Source: an uncultured delta proteobacterium
GTDB taxonomy: Bacteria; Myxococcota; Myxococcia; Myxococcales; Myxococcaceae
Assembly (NCBI GenBank): GCA_963796055.1
Contig: CAWCKH010000003.1
Location: forward strand, 32,001 to 96,000
DNA length: 64,000 nucleotides
Direction of reading: 5' to 3'
In this document: positions 19,200-29,186 of the stretch, piece after piece
How positions within the stretch are numbered: the stretch's first letter is position 1
Layout: the number at the start of each line of letters is the position of its first letter
The notes under the pieces: generated by a model
What the model was told of the DNA's origin: nothing
Database searches by the model: none
The model's input: the letters and a program-made list of their open reading frames with translations, nothing else
Made by a program: the position numbers and the translations under genes

Positions 19200-20795
19200 A
19201 TGACGCCCGAACGCCTGATCTCCCGGACCGCAACGCTGCTCGTCGCGCTGCTCATTTCGCCCACGCTCGCCTCGGCGGAGACCGTCGTCGCCCGACGCCG
19301 AATGGGAAACAACACCGAATCCATCACCTATGACCCGAGGCGAGATCGGGTCCTGGCCATCGACGGGAACGACGTGATCGCCATCGCGCTCAACCCCTTC
19401 GACGAGGCAGTTCTCGCCACCAGCCGCGACGACGCGGGCGGGATCTCCGGGCTCGGCTACCGGAAGATCTTCGACGTCAACGGCCTGCCATTCGAGGGAC
19501 TCGCACCACGCGGTCTGGTCTACGTCCCGGCCCAGGACCGATTCTACTTCAGCAGCGTCCAGCCCGGCGTCGGCGCGCTCTTCAGCACCGACGGGCGCGG
19601 CAAGATCCTGCCCCAGCTGGACATCCGCGGGCTGTCGACGCCCGAGGACATCCAGGAATGGGAGGGGCTGGCCTGGATTCCGCCCGGAGCACCCGCCCAC
19701 GGGGGCACGATCGCCGCCCTCGCTATCCGGGGCGATGGACTGTCACACCTGTTCTTCATCCGTCTGGACGGCACCCTCGAGACAGAGCTGGTTCCACAGA
19801 CCGGGACCCCGCTGGAGGGCTTCTTCTGCAGCGTCCAGTACTGGCCCCGGAAGCCGGGGACGGTGCTGATGGGGAAATGCGACACCACCGGCGAGATCTG
19901 GGCGATGGACATCCGGACCGGAATGCTGGTCGGAGATCCGTCCAAACCCGTGCTCCGCAATCCGCAGCGCCCCGATCGGGACGCCGAGGGGATCGTGGTT
20001 CGTTCCAACGGAGAGATCCTGGTCAACACCTACGAGGCCGGGCGCCTCTTTGCATATGACGCGCATCTGCTGCGGAATCCGAAAGGCGATCGACTCTTCA
20101 GCATCGGGGCGGGCGCGTCCGTCTTCCGTCTGACCTGGAACTCCGATACCCAGGAGCTCATCGGCGTCGGCTTCAAGGGGGTGTTCGCGATTCCGCTCGA
20201 CCTCCGCTCGGCCCGCGTCCTCTTCGACCTCGACGTGAACCGTGAGCTGGACTTCCCCACCGGAGGCGTGGCGTACCTGGGCGGGAACCTGATGGCGATC
20301 GGGAACCGGGCGGACGTGCCCGGGATCGGCATCGCACAGCTCGACCCCGAGCTCGGTCTCGGCTTCAGCGTCTCCCGGCTGATGCTCGGGGACATGCAGC
20401 CGCCCCTCAACATCGTGGGGTTTGGAGCCTACGGGCCCGATCAGTTCTTGGTCCGCGTCCGCAGAGACGACAGCGCGCTGAAGGTCATCTCCCGGACCGG
20501 CACCCGGGATACAAGCATCTACCCGGACGGGGTCATCCCCACTCAGTTCCCGGACCTACCGCTCTCCTCGCCCACCGAGGGGTTCGACGCCCAGGTCTTC
20601 GATGCCGGGGACGGCACACGGATCTTCACCGGGACTGACATCTACGACGGCAACGGGACGCTGCTGCACCACATCGACGTCTCGAAGCTGGGCCTCACCT
20701 ACCCGCCGCTGAGGAACGGGGTGTGGGTCTCCGGAAACCTCTTCGCCGCGGTCGACGGGCCGACCAGCACCATCATCCTCTACACCGTGCCCTGA
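19200..20795 (+). CDS. Secreted hypothetical protein, probable beta-propeller (paralogue 2)
   Basis: Starts 1 nt after the paralogue 1 stop; signal peptide ending ASA|ET; colinear similarity to 17534..19198 over the whole length. Confidence 0.75.
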   Translation: MTPERLISRTATLLVALLISPTLASAETVVARRRMGNNTESITYDPRRDRVLAIDGNDVIAIALNPFDEAVLATSRDDAGGISGLGYRKIFDVNGLPFEGLAPRGLVYVPAQDRFYFSSVQPGVGALFSTDGRGKILPQLDIRGLSTPEDIQEWEGLAWIPPGAPAHGGTIAALAIRGDGLSHLFFIRLDGTLETELVPQTGTPLEGFFCSVQYWPRKPGTVLMGKCDTTGEIWAMDIRTGMLVGDPSKPVLRNPQRPDRDAEGIVVRSNGEILVNTYEAGRLFAYDAHLLRNPKGDRLFSIGAGASVFRLTWNSDTQELIGVGFKGVFAIPLDLRSARVLFDLDVNRELDFPTGGVAYLGGNLMAIGNRADVPGIGIAQLDPELGLGFSVSRLMLGDMQPPLNIVGFGAYGPDQFLVRVRRDDSALKVISRTGTRDTSIYPDGVIPTQFPDLPLSSPTEGFDAQVFDAGDGTRIFTGTDIYDGNGTLLHHIDVSKLGLTYPPLRNGVWVSGNLFAAVDGPTSTIILYTVP

Positions 20796-20821
20796 GGGAG
20801 ACGGCACGTCAGGCGATCGGC

Positions 20822-22138
20822 TCAGGACACCGAGCCGGTCGCCTCCCGCAGCGCGGGGAAGAAGCCGGGGTACGAGATGTCCGCCCACTCCGCGCCCTCG
20901 ACCTCGGTCTCCCCGTCTGCAACCAGCCCGGCGATGGCGAAGGACATCGCGATGCGGTGGTCGTGCGCGGAGTCGATCGCTGCCCCACGGAGCTTGGTCG
21001 GTCCGCGGAGGACGAAGCCGTCGTCCAGCTCGTCGACGTCCGTCCCCATCGCCCGCAGCCCGAGCACCAGCTGCCGGAGCCGGTCGGACTCCTTGACCCG
21101 CAGCTCCCGGGCACCGGTGACGCGCGTCTCCCCGCTGGCCTGACTGGCGACCACCGCCAGGAGCGGGATCTCGTCGAGCAGCGACGGGACCTCCGCGGGG
21201 TGGATCTCGGTCCCCCGGAGCGGCTGGCCGCCACGGACGTGAAGCGTGGCCACCGGGTCTCCGGCGCGCGCCGTCTCGGGCTCCAGCTCCACCCGGGCGC
21301 CCATCCGCTCCAGCACCGTCAGGAAGCCCGTCCGTGTCGGGTTCACGTCCACCCCCCGCACCAGCACGCTCGCGCCCGGGACGAGCAATCCCGCGCCCAC
21401 CCAGAACACCGCCGAGGACGGGTCCCCCGGCACCTCCATCGCCTCGGGCAGCGCCAGGGGATGCAGGAGGCGGGTGGCCACCACCTCTCCGGCCTCGACG
21501 CGCACCGGCGCACCCCATGCGGCGAGCATCCGCTCGGTGTGGTCGCGCGACGGCTCGGGCTCGCGCACCCGGGTCTCGCCGTCCGCGGTGAGCCCGGCGA
21601 GCACCAGCGCGCTCTTCACCTGGGCGCTGGCGATGGGGAGACGGTGCAGCATGCCCTGGAGGCGCGGAGCCGGCTCGACCCGCAGCGGCGCCCGCTCGTC
21701 GTCGGGCCCACCCTGCCCCTCCATCCGTGCGCCCATCGCCCGGAGCGGGCCGAGCACCCGGCGCATCGGGCGGCGGCGCAGGGAGTCGTCGCCGTCCAGC
21801 GTGCAGAACACCCCGGCCCCGGCGACCAGGCCCAGGAGCAACCGCATCGTCGTCCCGCTGTTCCCGCAGTCGAGCGGTCCGGCGGGCGACGCGAATCCCC
21901 CCGGCCCCACGCCACGCACCGTCACCGCACCCGGGACCTCGCCCTCGGCGATGCTCACCCCCAGCGCCCGGAGGCACTCCGCCGTCGAGCGCACGTCCGC
22001 GCCCGGAGCCAGGTTCCGCACCTGCATCGGCGTCGTCCCCAGCGCGCCGAATAGCAAGGCCCGGTGGGAGATGGACTTGTCGCCCGGGGCGAGCACGTCC
22101 GCCTCCAGGCGGCTCGCGCGGCGAACGCGGATCCGCAC
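20822..22138 (-). CDS. aroA: EPSP synthase
   Basis: PGDKSISHRA, DCGNSGTTMRL, RRPMRRV, ASAQVKSA, RDHTERML, ELRVKESDR, DHRIAMSF, SYPGF. Confidence 0.97.
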   Translation of the reverse strand: MRIRVRRASRLEADVLAPGDKSISHRALLFGALGTTPMQVRNLAPGADVRSTAECLRALGVSIAEGEVPGAVTVRGVGPGGFASPAGPLDCGNSGTTMRLLLGLVAGAGVFCTLDGDDSLRRRPMRRVLGPLRAMGARMEGQGGPDDERAPLRVEPAPRLQGMLHRLPIASAQVKSALVLAGLTADGETRVREPEPSRDHTERMLAAWGAPVRVEAGEVVATRLLHPLALPEAMEVPGDPSSAVFWVGAGLLVPGASVLVRGVDVNPTRTGFLTVLERMGARVELEPETARAGDPVATLHVRGGQPLRGTEIHPAEVPSLLDEIPLLAVVASQASGETRVTGARELRVKESDRLRQLVLGLRAMGTDVDELDDGFVLRGPTKLRGAAIDSAHDHRIAMSFAIAGLVADGETEVEGAEWADISYPGFFPALREATGSVS

Positions 22139-22139
22139 C

Positions 22140-23168
22140 TCAGCCCACGGGCCCAGTGACGGAACGGCCGATGGCGGCGGCCACCGCGCGCACGCCGCTC
22201 ATGAGGTCCTTGAACTCGGCGAAGGTCAGCGACTGTGCGCCGTCCGACAGCGCCCGCGCCGGATCCGGGTGCACCTCGATGAGGAGCCCGTCCGCGCCCG
22301 CCGCCACCGCCGCCCGGGCCACCGCGGCGATGCCGTGGCGGATGCCGACGCCATGCGAGGGGTCGGCGAAGACGGGCAGGTGCGAGAGCCTCTTCAGCAT
22401 CGGGATGGCATTGATGTCGAAGGTGTTGCGGGTCATCGTCTCGAACGTCCGGATGCCCCGCTCGCAGAGCACCACCTGGCGATTTCCGCGGGCGACGATG
22501 TACTCGGCCGCCATCAGCAATTCTTTGAGGCTCGCGGCCATTCCCCGCTTCAGCAGCACCGGGCGCCGCAGCTCCCCCACCGCCTCGAGGAGCGAGAAGT
22601 TCTGCATGTTCCGGGCGCCGATCTGGAGCATCTCCGCCCCCTCGGCGACCATCTCCAGGCTCTCGACGTCCTTGACCTCGGTGACCACCGGGAGCCCGGT
22701 CACCGCCCGGGCCTCGCCGAGCAGCTTCAGCCCGTCCGCCTTGAGCCCCTGGAAGTCGTAGGGCGAGGTCCGGGGCTTGAAGGCGCCGCCCCGCAGCATC
22801 CTCGCCCCCTGGGCACGCACCGACTCGGCGGTGGCGACGATCTGCTCGCGCGTCTCCACCGAGCAGGGCCCGGCGGCGACGATCAGCTCGTTCCCGCCGA
22901 TGGTGAGGTCACCCACCCTGACCAGCGTGTCCTCCGGCTTCACCTCGCGGCTGACCAGCTTGAACGGCTGCGACACCGGGATGGCGTCGGCCACGCCGGC
23001 CATCATCCGGAACGGCTCGGGATCGAGCGCCCCCGCGTTGCCGGTGATGCCCACCGCGGTGCGCGTGGCGCCGGGGATGACGTGCGGGGTGTAGCCGAGG
23101 CTGCGGATGTGCTTCTCGACGGCCTCCTGCTGCTCGGGAGTGACGTCGGCCTTGAGGAGGATCAGCAT
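22140..23168 (-). CDS. aroF: DAHP synthase, class I-beta, with N-terminal regulatory (ACT-like) domain
   Basis: [63 protein letters not shown]. Confidence 0.95.
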   Translation of the reverse strand: MLILLKADVTPEQQEAVEKHIRSLGYTPHVIPGATRTAVGITGNAGALDPEPFRMMAGVADAIPVSQPFKLVSREVKPEDTLVRVGDLTIGGNELIVAAGPCSVETREQIVATAESVRAQGARMLRGGAFKPRTSPYDFQGLKADGLKLLGEARAVTGLPVVTEVKDVESLEMVAEGAEMLQIGARNMQNFSLLEAVGELRRPVLLKRGMAASLKELLMAAEYIVARGNRQVVLCERGIRTFETMTRNTFDINAIPMLKRLSHLPVFADPSHGVGIRHGIAAVARAAVAAGADGLLIEVHPDPARALSDGAQSLTFAEFKDLMSGVRAVAAAIGRSVTGPVG

Positions 23169-23252
23169 GCTTGGGAAGCCACGCTGCCAGAAGGGCAGCC
23201 ACCCTCGCAAATGCGCAACGTGCGGCGGGACCGGTGTCCGAGCCCGTCGTGG

Positions 23253-24575
23253 TCAGCGCGCCGCGGCCGCCCGAGCCGGATGGCCGCGCTCGGCGAGGCC
23301 GCGGGCGAAGTTGCCCACCCGGAGCCACGGCGCACCCTCGCGGAGCACCTGGAGCATCCGGGAGATGCCCATCGGCCGACCGCCGGCGCCCCGCTCGCGC
23401 GCCACGTCCAGGTACTGGAGCGGGTCGATGCACAGGCTCCGGGTCTGCACCTGGTCCACCCGGTGCCGGCGGACGAGGGCCAGCAGCGCCTCTACCTCTC
23501 CCTCGCGGTCGGTGACGCCGGGAAAGGTCAGGAGGTTGAGCGCCAGGTACGCCCCGCGCTCCCACGACAGCGCGATGGAGGCCTCCACGTCACGCCAGCC
23601 GTACTTTTCGGGCCGGTAGTAGGCCTCGTACAGGTCGGCCACGGCCGAGTTGAGCGAGACGCGGATCGAGTCGAGCCCGGCGTCGTACAGCGCCCCCAGG
23701 CCCACGGGGAGGCTGGCATTGGTGTTGATGTGCAGCGAGCCCGAGCGGGTCTCGCTCCGGATGCGCCGGATGGCCTCGGCGATGACCCGCCACCTCGTGA
23801 GGGGCTCCCCCTCGCACCCCTGCCCGAAGCTCACCATCGCCCGCGGTCCCGCCGAGCGCAGGTGCGCCACCGCGACCCGCGCCAGCTCCTCGGCGCTCGG
23901 CCCGTCGTCCATCCGCTCATGCGAGGCCGGCGGCCCGTCGTCCGGCTGGTCCGAGATGCAGCCCACACAGGCCGCGTTGCACATCGTCGAGACCGGGAGC
24001 GCCCCCTCGTCCCGGCCGTAGAAGACGTTCTGGCTGGTGAAGCAGCGGTACACCAGGGCGCAGGTCTGCAGCTGCCGGAGCACGCGGTTGTCGGGGTCCG
24101 CGGCGCGCGCGCTCCGCACCCGCGCCTGGAGCTCCGGGGTCGAGAACCGCTCCGGGTCCCAGTGGGTGCGCCGGTCGGTGTGCAGCGCCCAGGCCACCGG
24201 TCCGCCCGCGTCCCAGCCGGCCGCGGTGTACGCCCACTGCGGCAGCACCGGCCCGTCCGCCTTCACCTCGCCCGGGAGATAGGTCCGGGTCCAGCCCGGC
24301 GGGACGAGCGCGCCCACCGCGTCGGGGACGAAGCGCCGCCGCCCCGCGTGGAATTCGGAGACCAGCACCAGCGCCCCCGTGTCCGGGTCCACGCCCACCG
24401 GACGGCGCCCGGGCAGCTGGACCAGCCGTCCGCCTTCGGGGAGTGGGGCTGGCGCCTCCGGCGGGAGCAGCACCTCGTCTCCCGACCGGACGGTCGCCAG
24501 GAGCCGCGGATGCTCGAGGACCTTTCCGGTCGTCGGGTCGGCGACGAGCAGCGCGGGCATCCGGGACGGCGGCAT
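23253..24575 (-). CDS. Radical SAM protein
   Basis: CNAACVGC (CxxxCxxC), SFGQGCEGEPL, HINTNAS, RVSLNS. Start uncertain (ATG 24575 or 24560). Confidence 0.9.
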   Translation of the reverse strand: MPPSRMPALLVADPTTGKVLEHPRLLATVRSGDEVLLPPEAPAPLPEGGRLVQLPGRRPVGVDPDTGALVLVSEFHAGRRRFVPDAVGALVPPGWTRTYLPGEVKADGPVLPQWAYTAAGWDAGGPVAWALHTDRRTHWDPERFSTPELQARVRSARAADPDNRVLRQLQTCALVYRCFTSQNVFYGRDEGALPVSTMCNAACVGCISDQPDDGPPASHERMDDGPSAEELARVAVAHLRSAGPRAMVSFGQGCEGEPLTRWRVIAEAIRRIRSETRSGSLHINTNASLPVGLGALYDAGLDSIRVSLNSAVADLYEAYYRPEKYGWRDVEASIALSWERGAYLALNLLTFPGVTDREGEVEALLALVRRHRVDQVQTRSLCIDPLQYLDVARERGAGGRPMGISRMLQVLREGAPWLRVGNFARGLAERGHPARAAAAR

Positions 24576-24684
24576 GGCGGACGCCACATAACACTCCGCG
24601 TCGCCGTCCGCGGCGCTTGACCCGGGGGACACGCCTGTGTTCTGGCCCCCCGCGCTTCCCCACAAGCCCCGGAGGGCAGGTCCC

Positions 24685-25809
24685 GTGATCGTCGGCGTCC
24701 CCAAGGAGATCAAGGTTCGCGAGTACCGGGTGGGCATGGTCCCCGGCGCGGTGAAGGCGCTGGTCGATGCCGGACATCAGGTCATCGTCGAGACGGGAGC
24801 CGGCATCGGCTCCGGGCTCCCCGATGCCGACTACGCCCGGGCGGGCGGGCAGCTCATCTCCTCGGCGGACGAGGTGTGGAAGCGCGCAGAGATGATCGTC
24901 AAGGTGAAGGAGCCCATCGCGCCCGAGTACCCGCGGATGCAGGAAGGGCAGATCGTCTACACCTACTTTCACCTCGCCGGCGTGGACCCCGAGCTGACGA
25001 AGGTCCTGCTGAAGAAGAAGGTCGCCGCGGTGGCCTACGAGACCATCCAGCTCGAGGATGGGAGCCTCCCCCTGCTCCGTCCGATGAGCGAGGTGGCCGG
25101 ACGGATGGCCATCCAGGTGGGGGCGATGTGCCTGGAGAAGGAGCACGGCGGCAAGGGCATCCTCCTCGGCGGCGTGCCCGGCGTTCGGCGGGGGCGGGTC
25201 GCGATCCTGGGTGGAGGCGTGGTGGGCACCAACGCGGCGAAGATCGCCGTGGGCATGGGCGCCGACGTCACCATCCTCGACATCAACCAGAACCAGCTCG
25301 CCTACCTGGACGACGTGTTCCTCGGCCGGGTGGAGGTGCTCTCCTCGGACTCGGAGACCATCGCCCGGGCGGTCCGTGAGGCCGACCTCGTCATCGGCGG
25401 CGTGCTCATCCCCGGCGGAAAGGCACCCAAGCTGGTCCGCGAGGACCTGATCCGCGAGATGGTGCCCGGCTCGGTCGTCGTCGACGTCGCGGTCGATCAG
25501 GGGGGCTGCATCGAGACCTGCCGGCCCACCACCCACGACAACCCCACCTACGTGGTCCACGGCGTCGTCCACTACTGCGTGGCGAACATGCCCGGCGCGG
25601 TCCCCCAGACCTCGACGTTCGCCCTGACCAACGTCACCCGGCCCTACGCCCGCCGGATCGCCGACCTGGGGCTGGTCGAGGCCATCCGACAGGACAAGGC
25701 GCTCGCCCGCGGGGTGAATACCTTCGGCGGATCGGTCACTTACGAGGTCGTGGCCCGGGATCTGGGCCACCCCTACGTCCCGCTGGACCAGGCCCTCGCG
25801 CGTCGTTAG
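24685..25809 (+). CDS. ald: Alanine dehydrogenase
   Basis: [48 protein letters not shown]. Confidence 0.97.
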   Translation: MIVGVPKEIKVREYRVGMVPGAVKALVDAGHQVIVETGAGIGSGLPDADYARAGGQLISSADEVWKRAEMIVKVKEPIAPEYPRMQEGQIVYTYFHLAGVDPELTKVLLKKKVAAVAYETIQLEDGSLPLLRPMSEVAGRMAIQVGAMCLEKEHGGKGILLGGVPGVRRGRVAILGGGVVGTNAAKIAVGMGADVTILDINQNQLAYLDDVFLGRVEVLSSDSETIARAVREADLVIGGVLIPGGKAPKLVREDLIREMVPGSVVVDVAVDQGGCIETCRPTTHDNPTYVVHGVVHYCVANMPGAVPQTSTFALTNVTRPYARRIADLGLVEAIRQDKALARGVNTFGGSVTYEVVARDLGHPYVPLDQALARR

Positions 25810-25893
25810 GCCCTGTCCGTCGCGCCGCCGGGGGATTCACCCCCGTCTGCTCGCTCGCTCCCTGACCGAGGTGGCGCCGATTTTCAGCAATCG

Positions 25894-25919
25894 GTAACGC
25901 GCTTCGACGTGGGGCGTAA
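25894..25919 (+). promoter_or_regulatory. Candidate ECF sigma-type promoter upstream of the ECF sigma gene
   Basis: GTAAC-N16-CGTAA matches the general ECF pattern (-35 AAC, -10 CGT). Confidence 0.4.
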
Positions 25920-25992
25920 GCGACGTGGGAATTCTCTGAAGACAACCTTCGCCTGGCCGTCGGTGTTGGGCGTTGCCAGGGAGGAGCGGGAC

Positions 25993-26631
25993 TTGGATTT
26001 TCGGCACAACCACCGCAGCAAGCAGGAGTTCGAGGGTCTGGTCCTGGCGCACCTGGACCCGCTCTACTCGGCGGCGCTCCGGCTCACCAAGAACGAGCGC
26101 GACGCCGAGGACCTGGTGCAGGACACCTGCATGCGGGCCTACCGCTTCTTCGACAAGTTCGAGCGCGGGACCAACATCAAGGCCTGGCTGTTCAAGATCC
26201 TCACCAACACCTTCATCAACCGGTACCGGCGCAAGGTGAAGGAGCGCAACGTCACCGAGGGCTCCGAGCGCGAGGCGGTGCACGAGGCCTTCATCAGCCG
26301 CGACGCGAGCGACTACGCCGGCAACCCCGAGCAGTACATGTTCGACCGTCTGCTGTCGGACGACGTGCTCAAGGCCATCGACGGGCTGCCCATCGACTTC
26401 CGTCTGGTGGTCATCCTCGCGGACCTCCAGGAGTTCTCCTACAAGGAGATCGCCGAGATCCTCGACGTCCCGGTGGGAACGGTGATGAGCCGCCTCTTCC
26501 GCGGACGGAAGGCGCTGCAGAAGGCCCTCCGGGATTACGCGGCCGGTCAGGGTGTTGTCCCCGCCGAGACGTCCGAGGCCCCAGAGGCCCCGGTCGACCT
26601 GGGCGCGTACCGTCGGCGCCGTACGGGCTGA
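25993..26631 (+). CDS. rpoE: ECF RNA polymerase sigma factor (M. xanthus RpoE1-like by synteny)
   Basis: [51 protein letters not shown] start after GAGGAG. Confidence 0.92.
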   Translation: MDFRHNHRSKQEFEGLVLAHLDPLYSAALRLTKNERDAEDLVQDTCMRAYRFFDKFERGTNIKAWLFKILTNTFINRYRRKVKERNVTEGSEREAVHEAFISRDASDYAGNPEQYMFDRLLSDDVLKAIDGLPIDFRLVVILADLQEFSYKEIAEILDVPVGTVMSRLFRGRKALQKALRDYAAGQGVVPAETSEAPEAPVDLGAYRRRRTG

Positions 26632-26709
26632 CGGGCCCCGCCAGGGCGGCCGCTGGCCAGATCGGGGATTCCCGGGCTAGACATTTGCCCGAGCCCCGCG
26701 GGGCCGCCC

Positions 26710-27582
26710 ATGACTTGCTCAGAACTCGACCCGCTGATCTATCCATACCTGGACGGCGAGCTCGACGAGACGGAGCGCGGGCACCTCGAGCGCCATGCGG
26801 CGGGCTGCGCCGCCTGTCGCGGTCGGCTGTCGCGCGAGGCCGCGTTCCAGGGTGCGCTGCGCCGCAGCGCCCAGCTCCGCACCCGGGGCGCCGCCCCGGA
26901 GGCGCTCCGGGCGATGCTCCGGGCCGGCATCCGCCGGGAGAACCGGCGGGTGCAGATGCTGTCCTGGGCCCGCTGGGGAAGCCTGGCCCTCGCCGCGGCG
27001 GCAGCCGGCGTCTTCTACATCGAGCAGCTGCCCGGACACCGGGAGCAGCTCCTCGAGGACGCCGCGCTGCGCTACCAGCGCCGGCTGCCCTACGAGCTGA
27101 CTGCTGCCAGCCGAGCCGACGTCGAGCGGTGGTTCGGCGACCAGATGAGCACCCGCGTTCGCCTCCCCCACCTCCCCGGGGCGACCATCGCCGGGGCACG
27201 CCTGTCGAACCTGCGTGAGCACGACGCGGCGTACGTCGTCTACCAGCTCCCGCCGTCGGAGCAGCGCCCCGAGGACCGCCGCTTGGGCCTCTTCGTCCTC
27301 GAGGATCCGGAGCGGGAGATCCCCTCGGTCGCAGCCTACCCACAAGTCGCCGTGCGCAGCGTGCGCGGGCTCAGCGTCGCCAGCTGGCGCTCGGGTGGGC
27401 TGGTGTACGAGCTGGTCTCGGACATGGACGAGGCAGACCTGCGGCGTACCGTGCGTGACATGGACCCCTCGGCGCCGCCGAGCCCGGCCGAGGTGGTGGC
27501 GCCCGCGCGGCAGCGGCCGATGCTGCCCATCCCACCCCGGAACCCGGCGCTGGAGCTGATTCCCGCCGGCTTCCAGAACTGA
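26710..27582 (+). CDS. Membrane anti-sigma factor with zf-HC2 (ZAS) motif
   Basis: MTC..YLDGEL..HAAGCAAC (HxxxCxxC), one hydrophobic segment, downstream of the ECF sigma gene. Confidence 0.88.
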   Translation: MTCSELDPLIYPYLDGELDETERGHLERHAAGCAACRGRLSREAAFQGALRRSAQLRTRGAAPEALRAMLRAGIRRENRRVQMLSWARWGSLALAAAAAGVFYIEQLPGHREQLLEDAALRYQRRLPYELTAASRADVERWFGDQMSTRVRLPHLPGATIAGARLSNLREHDAAYVVYQLPPSEQRPEDRRLGLFVLEDPEREIPSVAAYPQVAVRSVRGLSVASWRSGGLVYELVSDMDEADLRRTVRDMDPSAPPSPAEVVAPARQRPMLPIPPRNPALELIPAGFQN

Positions 27583-27628
27583 TGTTTGCCGACCGTGGGG
27601 GGGTGGCCGTAGCCTTTTGGCTTCGCCG

Positions 27629-29029
27629 ATGCCCACCCACGTCCTGATCGTCGAGGGAGACAGCGCCCTTTCCAGCCGTCTCCGCTCTGCGCTCCAGCAG
27701 CGCGGGCACACCGTCGAGGAGACCTCCGACGGCCGCAGCGTGATCGACCTGGCGCGGCGGCGCCTGCCGGGAGTGGTGGTGCTCGGGGTGGAGCTGCCCG
27801 GTGGCCAGAACGGCTACCTGCTGGTGGGGAAGCTGCGGAAGGACGACACGCTCAAGTCCGTGCCGGTCATCATCGTCGGAAACCCCGAGGGATTCGAGGC
27901 GCACGCCCGGCTGAAGAACCGGGCCGACGAGTACCTGGCGCGCCCGGTGGACGTCCCGAAGCTGGTCGCCGCGGTGTCCCGGCTCTCCGGTTCCGCGGAG
28001 GAGACACCGCTGGTGCTGGAGGAGGAGGCCACCGTCTCCGGCGACCCGGACCTCGACCTCATCGACGCCGCCTTCGACGACGCCCCCGAGCCGCAGCCCG
28101 CGCCGGCCCGCGCCGCGCCTCCACGCCCCTCGCCTTCGCCGGCCCCTGTTCCCGTCGCTGCCGAGGACGACTTCTCGGAGCTCACCCAGGACGAGGAAGG
28201 CCCGACGATGGTCCAGCTCGGCACCGCGGCCGTGCCCGCGCCGGAGACCGAAGCCGTCGAGGTGGACGCGGCGCAGCTGGTGCTCGCGCCCGAGGAGCTC
28301 GCCTCGATGGAGAACGAGCAGGCCCGGGCGTTCGCCGCCGAGGTCCAGGCGGGACTCGGCGAGCAGCCGCTGGCGGAAATGGTCGCGGGCAGCGGGCCCG
28401 AGGAGCTGCTGCGGCTCCGCTCGGAGCTTCACGCCGCCGAGCAGCTGGTGGGAGACCTCCGGGACCAGAACGCCCAGGCCGAGCAACGTGAGCTGGAGCT
28501 GAAGACCGAGCTCTCGCGCCGCGACGGACAGCTGAAGGCACTCCAGGCCCGGCTCGACCAGGAGGTCCAGGAGCGGCGGCGGCTGGAGGAGGCGCTCCAC
28601 GGCGGCGCCCAGGCGGACGCCGACGAGGCCCGGCGCGCCCTGGAGGAGGAGCTGGCCGCAGCCCAGCGCGATCTGGAGCTGAACCGTGCCCACGCCGAGG
28701 GTGCGGAGCGGCAACTTCAAGACATGCGCGAGCGCGCCGAGACCGCGGAGACCGAGCTGGCCCAGCTCCGCGAGCAGCCGGCCCCGGCCGCCTCGGTCGA
28801 CGAGGTGGAGGCGCTCCACGCCCGGGTGGCCGAGCTCGAGGACGAGGCCCGCAAGAACCGCGAGCGGGTCACCCGCCTCTACGGGCGACTCAAGGCCGAG
28901 GAGCGGGCCCGGGAGCAGGCCCGCAAGGCGGTGACCGTCGCCGGACAGCTCCTCGCCGAGACGCCCAGCGGGGCCCCCATGGAGTCGACGGAGCCCGACC
29001 CGGGCACCGACGAGCCCGCGGCCGCGTGA
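27629..29029 (+). CDS. frzS: FrzS: pseudo-receiver domain, Pro/acidic linker, coiled coil
   Basis: VLIVEGDSALSSRLRSAL..GQNGYLLVGKLRKDDTLKSVPVIIVGNPEGFEAHARLKNRADEYLARPVD closely matches the M. xanthus FrzS receiver as I recall it; phospho-acceptor Asp position is Gly; long heptad region. Confidence 0.88.
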   Translation: MPTHVLIVEGDSALSSRLRSALQQRGHTVEETSDGRSVIDLARRRLPGVVVLGVELPGGQNGYLLVGKLRKDDTLKSVPVIIVGNPEGFEAHARLKNRADEYLARPVDVPKLVAAVSRLSGSAEETPLVLEEEATVSGDPDLDLIDAAFDDAPEPQPAPARAAPPRPSPSPAPVPVAAEDDFSELTQDEEGPTMVQLGTAAVPAPETEAVEVDAAQLVLAPEELASMENEQARAFAAEVQAGLGEQPLAEMVAGSGPEELLRLRSELHAAEQLVGDLRDQNAQAEQRELELKTELSRRDGQLKALQARLDQEVQERRRLEEALHGGAQADADEARRALEEELAAAQRDLELNRAHAEGAERQLQDMRERAETAETELAQLREQPAPAASVDEVEALHARVAELEDEARKNRERVTRLYGRLKAEERAREQARKAVTVAGQLLAETPSGAPMESTEPDPGTDEPAAA

Positions 29030-29148
29030 GGGTGGATGCGCCGCGCTTCCTCACCCTGTGACGGGTGGACCGCACCGAGGTGGAGCGCCGGTGGCCGTCG
29101 ACCCGGCGATGGCCGTCTACCGGCCCGACCGGGGTTCCTGCACGCACC

Positions 29149-29181
29149 AGCTCTGAGCGCGCCCGAGAGGCGCCGAGAGCT
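29149..29181. terminator. Hairpin between convergent genes
   Basis: AGCTCT...AGAGCT inverted repeat with inner GCGC/GCGC pairing, between the frzS stop and the stop at 29187. Confidence 0.3.
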
Positions 29182-29186
29182 GTTGT

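Noticed and set aside
14462..20821. Transposon or integrative element
   Set aside because: No transposase, integrase, terminal inverted repeats or target-site duplication seen; kept only as a possible accessory block.
23169..23210. Aromatic-rich peptide [14 protein letters not shown] ahead of DAHP synthase as a leader peptide or sigma54 site
   Set aside because: It is an in-frame TTG extension with no stop or attenuator hairpin, and the GG/GC spacing does not fit a -24/-12 promoter.
21246..24620. Very long alternative-frame ORFs (e.g. 21246..24620 +, 37256..41086 -, 48442..51675 +)
   Set aside because: Shadow ORFs of real genes in high-GC DNA; Arg/Pro/Ala/Gly-rich with no motifs.
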